64,000 nucleotides of DNA from Candidatus Marinacidobacterales bacterium (GTDB lineage Bacteria; Acidobacteriota; Vicinamibacteria; Marinacidobacterales; SMYC01): the NCBI GenBank assembly GCA_965224085.1, contig CBDCYI010000004.1:1312001-1376000 (forward strand), read 5' to 3'. Below the pieces are notes generated by a model. It did not search any database. It saw nothing but the letters and a program-made list of their open reading frames with translations, and had not been told where the DNA came from. Shown in pieces: positions 58,141 through 64,000 of this stretch. Made by a program: the position numbers and the translations under genes. Position 1 is the first letter of the stretch, and each line of letters begins with the position of its first letter.

Positions 58141-59940
58141 ATGTTTCGCTACTTGGTGTTGTTTGTCGTCTCGTCGGCGGCGTCGGCGGCGCCGCTGGCG
58201 CGCGCTCAGCCGACCAGCAATGCGGCCGAGGCGGCCGCGTTTATCGAGCGTGCCGAAAAAGAGCTCCTCGCTGCTTGGAAGGATTCGGCGCGGGCGAGCT
58301 GGGTGCAGTCCACCTACATCACCGAGGACACACAGATCTTGGCGTCTAAGGCGAACGAGAAGGCCACCGCCCTCGCGGTACAGCTCGCACAGGAAGCAGC
58401 GCGGTTCCAGGGCCTTGAGCTGTCGGCCGATTTGAGTCGAAAGCTCCTTCTGCTTCGACTCGCTTTGACCGTCCCCGCGCCGTCGAACCCGGAAGAGACG
58501 AGCGAGCTCGCGCGTATCGAAACGTCTTTGGAGAGCACCTACGGCGCCGGCAAATACTGCCCCGACCAGGGCGAGTGCTGGGACCTTCAGAAGTTGAGCG
58601 GCATGCTCGGGGAGAGCCGCGACTCGGATCACCTACTCGAGGTTTGGCGAGGGTGGCGCACGGTCTCGGCGCCCATGCGTAAGGAATTCACGCGTTATGT
58701 CGAGCTCGGAAACAAAGGCGCGCGTGAACTCGGCTTCACTGATCTCGGCGCAATGTGGCGCTCCAAATACGATATGCCGGCGGACGCGTTTGCGGCGGAG
58801 CTCGACCGCTTATGGGAGCAAGTGCGGCCGCTCTACCTGGCGCTTCACGCCTATGTGCGCACGCGTCTTCGCGAGACTTACGGCACGGAGCTCGTTCCCG
58901 ACAACGGTCACATCCCTGCACATCTGCTCGGGAACATGTGGGCCCAGTCGTGGAGCAACGTCTATGACCTCGTGGCGCCTTCTGACGCGGACCCGGGATA
59001 CGACCTCACCGAACGGCTGGTCGGAGAAAGACTCGACGAGCTCGAGATGGTGCGCTACGGCGAGCGGTTCTTTCTCTCGCTCGGCTTCGAGCCTCTGCCC
59101 GAGACGTTTTGGACGCGCTCGCTCTTCGTTCAACCGCGTGACCGCGACGTCGTGTGCCACGCTAGCGCGTGGGATCTCGATGCTGCCGAAGACGTTCGGA
59201 TCAAGATGTGTATCAATATTAATGCCGAGGACTTCACGACGATCCACCACGAGCTCGGGCATAATTTCTACCAGCGCGCGTATAAAGACCTGTCGCCTCT
59301 CTATCGTGACAGCGCCAATGACGGCTTTCACGAAGCCATCGGCGATACGCTCGCGCTCTCGATTACCCCGGCTTATTTGAAGGAGCTCGGGCTCATCGAT
59401 GAAGAGCCGGACATGTCGAAGGACATTGGCCTGCTCCTTGCGATGGCGCTCGATAAGGTCGCCTTTTTGCCGTTCGGGCTGCTCGTCGATCAATGGCGCT
59501 GGCAAGTCTTTTCCGGAGAGGTGCCGCCGGAGCGTTACAACCAGGCGTGGTGGGAGCTGCGCGAAAAATATCAAGGCGTCGCCGCTCCCGTGGCGCGGAG
59601 CGAGGCGAATTTCGATCCCGGCGCTAAATATCACGTGCCCGCAAGTGTTCCCTATTCGCGCTACTTCATTGCTCGCATCCTGCAGTTCCAGTTCCACCGC
59701 GCGCTCTGCAGCGTCGCGGGCTACGAAGGCCCGCTCAATCGCTGCACGATCTACGGCAACGAGGAAGCGGGCGCGCGCCTGAACGCGATGCTCGAAATGG
59801 GCTTGTCCCGTCCGTGGCCGGAAGCGCTCGAGGCGATGACCGGAGAGTCGGAGATGGACGCGACCGCCATCCTCGACTTTTTTGCCCCCTTGAAGGCCTG
59901 GCTCGACGAGCAGAATGAAGGGCATCCCATAGGGTGGTAA
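58141..59940 (+). CDS. M2 peptidase (ACE-like peptidyl-dipeptidase A), secreted
   Basis: Signal peptide; PAHLLGNMWAQSW, CHASAW, HHELGH, HEAIGD, FDPGAKYH. Confidence 0.94.
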   Translation: MFRYLVLFVVSSAASAAPLARAQPTSNAAEAAAFIERAEKELLAAWKDSARASWVQSTYITEDTQILASKANEKATALAVQLAQEAARFQGLELSADLSRKLLLLRLALTVPAPSNPEETSELARIETSLESTYGAGKYCPDQGECWDLQKLSGMLGESRDSDHLLEVWRGWRTVSAPMRKEFTRYVELGNKGARELGFTDLGAMWRSKYDMPADAFAAELDRLWEQVRPLYLALHAYVRTRLRETYGTELVPDNGHIPAHLLGNMWAQSWSNVYDLVAPSDADPGYDLTERLVGERLDELEMVRYGERFFLSLGFEPLPETFWTRSLFVQPRDRDVVCHASAWDLDAAEDVRIKMCININAEDFTTIHHELGHNFYQRAYKDLSPLYRDSANDGFHEAIGDTLALSITPAYLKELGLIDEEPDMSKDIGLLLAMALDKVAFLPFGLLVDQWRWQVFSGEVPPERYNQAWWELREKYQGVAAPVARSEANFDPGAKYHVPASVPYSRYFIARILQFQFHRALCSVAGYEGPLNRCTIYGNEEAGARLNAMLEMGLSRPWPEALEAMTGESEMDATAILDFFAPLKAWLDEQNEGHPIGW

Positions 59941-59977
59941 ACTAACCTCTCGTCGATTACAGAGCTCTCGAAGCCCC

Positions 59978-60763
59978 TTGTTCAAGAATCTCTTAACGCT
60001 CGTCCGCTATCGCGTGCTCATCCAGAGCCTCGTCGTTCGGGAGCTGAGAGCGCGCTATCGGGGCTCGGTGCTCGGCTTTTTGTGGTCGTTCATCAACCCC
60101 CTGCTGCAGCTCGGGATTTACTGGTTCGTTTTCAGCTACATCATGCCCACTCGGGGCTCGATGGGGATGACTCCCTACGCACTCTTCTTGTTCACGGGGA
60201 TTCTTCCGTGGACGTGGTTCGGTTCTTCCGTGATGGAGTCCTCGGCCATCCTGATATCGAGCGGCAACCTCATCAAGAAGATTCTTTTTCCCGCCGAGGT
60301 GCTCCCCATCGTTGTCGTTCTCAGCAACCTCGTGCACTTCTTCCTCGGACTCCCGATCCTTTTCGGCTTTCTTATCTATTACGGAAAGGTCCAGACGACC
60401 CTCGTCTATCTGCCCGGGGTTATCCTCTTGCAGCTGTTTCTCACCTTGGGGATCTGCTTTTTCGTATCCGCACTCGCGGTCCATTTCCGCGACGTCCAGA
60501 ACATCATCGGGAACTTCATGATGCTGTGGTTCTTCGCGAGCCCCGTGATCTATTCCTATCTGACCATCTCGCCGTCGATTCAGCGTTATCTCAACTACAA
60601 CCCGATGACTCACATCCTCGTCGGCTACCACCAGACCCTCTTCACCGGGGAGATGGGTCACAGGCCGTGGCTCTTAATGATGATTCCTGCATCCTTGGTC
60701 ACGTTCCTCGTGGGTTACTATTTCTTTGACCGCCTGCGTGAGACTTTCGCGGAAGAAGTGTAA
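59978..60763 (+). CDS. wzm: Polysaccharide ABC transporter permease
   Basis: RYRGSVLGFLWSFINPL, LIKKILFP, FRDV, SPVIY, NPM. Confidence 0.9.
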   Translation: MFKNLLTLVRYRVLIQSLVVRELRARYRGSVLGFLWSFINPLLQLGIYWFVFSYIMPTRGSMGMTPYALFLFTGILPWTWFGSSVMESSAILISSGNLIKKILFPAEVLPIVVVLSNLVHFFLGLPILFGFLIYYGKVQTTLVYLPGVILLQLFLTLGICFFVSALAVHFRDVQNIIGNFMMLWFFASPVIYSYLTISPSIQRYLNYNPMTHILVGYHQTLFTGEMGHRPWLLMMIPASLVTFLVGYYFFDRLRETFAEEV

Positions 60764-62097
60764 TGGGCATAGCGATTCGAGTTTCCGACGTGACCAAGGT
60801 ATACCAGCGCTATAGCCAGCGGAAGCAATTCCGTACTCTCAAGAGCGCGCTTCTCGGCGGAAGCTTGCTCGCTGAGCTTCGACCCGACGAGCGCTTCGAA
60901 GCTCTGAACGACATCACGTTCAACGTGCGCGAAGGGACTACGTTTGCCGTCATCGGAAGAAACGGCTCGGGGAAAAGCACGCTTCTCAAATGTATCGCGG
61001 GCATCTCGAAGCCGAGTGCGGGCACGGTGACCGTCAACGGCCGTATCTCGGCGCTCATCGAGCTCGGCGCTGGTTTTCACCCCGAGATCACGGGGCGCGA
61101 GAACATCTTCATCAACGGCATCATGCTCGGCCTGTCTAAGAAAGAAATCCACGATCGCTTCGACGACATCGTGGCCTTCGCTGAGCTCGAGGATCTCATC
61201 GACGCGCCCGTCAAGACTTATTCGTCGGGCATGTATATGCGGCTCGGTTTTGCCGTCGCGATCCATGTCGACCCCGATGTATTGCTCATCGATGAAGTGC
61301 TCGCCGTGGGTGACGAAGGCTTCGTCCATAAATGCCTCGACAAGATCGCGGAGTTTCGCCGCAGCAACAAAACCATCATCCTCGTCACCCACAGCCTCGG
61401 CTTGGTCGAAAAGATGGCGGATGAGGCGCTTTGGATCGACAATGCGCGCGTGCAACTGCGTGGTGACCCGAAGAAAGTGGTCGATGCTTATCTCGCTCGA
61501 GTCACCCACCACGAAGAACAAGCCCTCGTCGCGGCGGAAGAGAAAGCCGTCACCGATTTCGAAGCACCCGAATCCGCGACCGAGCACGAGGAGCGGGAGA
61601 GCGAAATCGAACCGACATCGCCTTTCGCGCGCAAAAAAGGTCGCTGGGGATCGCGAGAGGTCGAGGTTCAGGACGTGACGCTCCATGGCGCAGAAGGGAG
61701 CGCCAAGCACGTCTTCACGACCGGCGAGCCAGTGACCGTCCGTCTAAAAGTCAAGAGCACGGGGACGATTGATGATTTCGCCTTTGGTGTCGCGATCTTC
61801 AACGCGGACGGGATGTGCTGCTATGGAACGAACACCCATCTCGAACAGTTCACACCGGTGAAGTTTTTCGGCGAAGGCGAAGTACGCTTCGTCATCCCGA
61901 ACCTTCGCCTCGTCGAAGGGACCTACTTCCTCGACGTCGCGGCGCATCAGCGCGACGGCTACCCGTTCGACTATCACCGGGCGCTCCATCAGTTTCGGGT
62001 GCAGTCGAAAATCAAGGATGTGGGCATCTATCGTCCGACGCACACGTGGGAGTTCTCGCCCAATATCTTCCTGAAGCCGCCGAAATCGACGTCATGA
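60763..62097 (+). CDS. wzt: Polysaccharide ABC transporter ATPase with Wzt C-terminal domain
   Basis: GRNGSGKST, ELGAGF, YSSGM, DEVLAVGD; C-terminal beta domain. Confidence 0.92.
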   Translation: MGIAIRVSDVTKVYQRYSQRKQFRTLKSALLGGSLLAELRPDERFEALNDITFNVREGTTFAVIGRNGSGKSTLLKCIAGISKPSAGTVTVNGRISALIELGAGFHPEITGRENIFINGIMLGLSKKEIHDRFDDIVAFAELEDLIDAPVKTYSSGMYMRLGFAVAIHVDPDVLLIDEVLAVGDEGFVHKCLDKIAEFRRSNKTIILVTHSLGLVEKMADEALWIDNARVQLRGDPKKVVDAYLARVTHHEEQALVAAEEKAVTDFEAPESATEHEERESEIEPTSPFARKKGRWGSREVEVQDVTLHGAEGSAKHVFTTGEPVTVRLKVKSTGTIDDFAFGVAIFNADGMCCYGTNTHLEQFTPVKFFGEGEVRFVIPNLRLVEGTYFLDVAAHQRDGYPFDYHRALHQFRVQSKIKDVGIYRPTHTWEFSPNIFLKPPKSTS

Positions 62098-62585
62098 GCC
62101 GGGCGAAGATCTTCAGTCGAGCGAAGATGCTCGCTGAGCGAGAGAGATTGCGCGCCGCAGGCGAGACCCTCGTTTTTACCAATGGCTGCTTCGACATCCT
62201 CCACCCGGGCCACATGCGCTATTTGAGCGAGGCGCGCCAGCAAGGCGACCGTCTCGTCGTGGCCGTCAATGAAGACGCGACCGTCACGAAGCTCAAAGGC
62301 GAAGCGCGGCCGCTCGCACCGCTCGACGAGCGCATGGAAGTCTTGGCGGCGCTCGCCACCGTCGACTACGTCGTACCGTTCGAAGAAGAAACGCCCGCGG
62401 CGATCATCGAGGCGATCGTTCCTGATATCCTCGTCAAGGGCGGCGATTGGGCTCACGATAAAATCGTCGGCCGCGAGACCGTCGAAGCGGCGGGCGGACG
62501 CGTGCTCTCGCTGCCTTTCGCTCCGGGATTCTCGACCACCGAGTTGATCGAGCGTGTCGTCAGCCGTCTTGGCAGGAAGGCGTGA
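62094..62585 (+). CDS. rfaE2: D-glycero-beta-D-manno-heptose 1-phosphate adenylyltransferase
   Basis: VFTNGCFDILHPGH, LVKGGDW, STT. Confidence 0.9.
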   Translation: MSRAKIFSRAKMLAERERLRAAGETLVFTNGCFDILHPGHMRYLSEARQQGDRLVVAVNEDATVTKLKGEARPLAPLDERMEVLAALATVDYVVPFEEETPAAIIEAIVPDILVKGGDWAHDKIVGRETVEAAGGRVLSLPFAPGFSTTELIERVVSRLGRKA

Positions 62586-64000
62586 GCACTTCTTTCGCGC
62601 AGCTCGTTTCCGAGCTTTCGCTCGGCGAGATCGCCCCCCCGGCACGCATCTCTGGAGTGATGGGGCCAGCCCGCTCGCTGATGCAGGCCGAGCTCGCAAA
62701 AAGCCGTGATGGTCCGACGCTAGTGGTCGTTCCGGACGAGAGACGCCTCACGCCCGCTGTGTCCGACCTAGAGGCGTTTTTCGGGGCGCTCGATCTCGCG
62801 CGCAACGTGCTCCCGTTTCCAGCCTTTGCGCTCGACCCCTATCGCGGTTTGTCGCCGCACCTCGATGTCATCTCGGCGCGCGTCCGGGCGCTCGTGGCCC
62901 TCGCGCGGGACGAGAACGTCGTCGTTGTGGCGACGGCCGCGGCGCTCTTGTACCGCACGGTCCAGCCAGAGCTTCTCGCGAGCGGCGTTCGCCGGCTCGC
63001 AACCGGCGACAGCTTCGACGCGGGCGAGCTCGAGCGCTATCTTGTCGCGTTCGGCTTTCGTCACGAGGATCCAGTCACGACGCCGGGCGATTTCGCCCGC
63101 CGTGGTGGCATCCTGGACATCTTCCCTCCAGGCCGTTCCACGCCCGTTCGCCTCGAGTTCGTCGGTGACGATCTCGAAGAGCTACGCGCCTTCGATCCTC
63201 AAACGCAGCGGACGACCGAGACGATTCCCGACGTCGAGCTCCAGCCGGCAAACGAGTGGTCGGCCGCTGAGACTGAGGATTTCGAGCACGTCGCCTCCCT
63301 CGAGATCATCGACCTGCGCGGCTCGGCGGGAATGGGATCCGTCCTTACGCGCCACCATAATTTTCAAGCAAGCCTTTTCGACTACCTCGAAGCCGGCCTT
63401 CTCATCGTCGATGAGCCAGCCGAAGTCTTGCGCGCCGCCGAGATCGAATGGGAGCGCGTGCTCGCTAGCTACGGCGACGCGCAGGACGACGTGACACGTT
63501 ACGCCGAACCGTCCCGCTTGCTCATGGACCTCGGCTCGCTCAGCGACATCATCGACGAACGGGCGATTACCCTTCAAGAGATGGGCCTTCTCGGTGAAGA
63601 GACGCGCCACCTGTCGACGACGATTCTTCCGTCCCACCGCGGCCGTATCCCCGATTTCGTTCGAGAGATCGAACGCCGCTTCGCGAAGGGTGAGCGGCTA
63701 CGCCTTTTTGTTGCAAGTGAAGGGATGGCCGATCGTTGCATCGAGATATTGTCGGAGGCCGGACAGACGGCCGGACGCGCTCGTCGGGACGGCGGCCCCG
63801 TCGAGGAAGGGCACATCGTCTTGGAGCACGGCCATCTTTCTCAGAGCTTCTCGGTGCCCGAGCTCTCCCTGACTCTCTTCACCGCGGGCGATCTGTTCGC
63901 AGAGCCCCATCGGCCGCCGCCGCGGAAAACGGCCAAACTGAGGCGCTTTCTCTCCGATTTCCGCGATCTCAAAATCGGAGACTATGTCGTGCACACCGAG
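62582..64000 (+). CDS. mfd: Transcription-repair coupling factor (5' part, runs off the window)
   Basis: GTG 62582; DPYRGLSPH, PGDFARRGGILDIFP, RLEFVGDDLEELRAFDPQTQR, DLKIGDYVVH. Absent from the ORF track because no stop occurs in the window. Confidence 0.92.
   Translation, partial: MSTSFAQLVSELSLGEIAPPARISGVMGPARSLMQAELAKSRDGPTLVVVPDERRLTPAVSDLEAFFGALDLARNVLPFPAFALDPYRGLSPHLDVISARVRALVALARDENVVVVATAAALLYRTVQPELLASGVRRLATGDSFDAGELERYLVAFGFRHEDPVTTPGDFARRGGILDIFPPGRSTPVRLEFVGDDLEELRAFDPQTQRTTETIPDVELQPANEWSAAETEDFEHVASLEIIDLRGSAGMGSVLTRHHNFQASLFDYLEAGLLIVDEPAEVLRAAEIEWERVLASYGDAQDDVTRYAEPSRLLMDLGSLSDIIDERAITLQEMGLLGEETRHLSTTILPSHRGRIPDFVREIERRFAKGERLRLFVASEGMADRCIEILSEAGQTAGRARRDGGPVEEGHIVLEHGHLSQSFSVPELSLTLFTAGDLFAEPHRPPPRKTAKLRRFLSDFRDLKIGDYVVHTE

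Noticed and set aside
1-64000. CRISPR array, tRNA, rRNA
   Set aside because: No regularly spaced repeats or recognisable structural RNA seen by eye. A covariance-model scan would be needed to exclude small RNAs.

Overview
GC-rich bacterial window. DUF4388 proteins, an ADOP-type permease remnant and ECF/anti-sigma pairs suggest Acidobacteriota (inference). 1.7-17.9 kb is a complete but unusual complex I operon. It is circularly permuted (J-K-[MrpD-like]-[87 aa]-[MrpD/NuoL chimera]-M-N-A-B-C-D-EF-G-H-I-CBS), has four antiporter-like subunits, an apparently lengthened transverse helix and a NuoE-NuoF fusion. 18-25.7 kb holds a MazEF-type TA pair, GntR, pgm, a DUF4388/J-domain protein, a Tat-exported flavin oxidase and a Cys/Met PLP enzyme. 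25.7-48.6 kb is a decayed, IS-rich region. It contains IS1634, IS200, two complementary inverted halves of an integrase+IS91 element, IS5/IS1182/ISNCY remnants, many truncated genes, a 445-bp transposase-less cassette with perfect 24-bp TIRs and an 8-bp TSD carrying a membrane-protein gene, and a probable secreted UxxC selenoprotein that the ORF track truncates. 48.7-64 kb is mostly intact: OmpA (frameshifted), ECF sigma/anti-sigma, HNH, LOG, PilZ, an ACP-acyl-AMP ligase-PlsC fusion, an ACE-like M2 peptidase, wzm/wzt, rfaE2 and the 5' part of mfd. No rRNA, tRNA or CRISPR array was seen. All calls come from motif reading only; no database searches were run.
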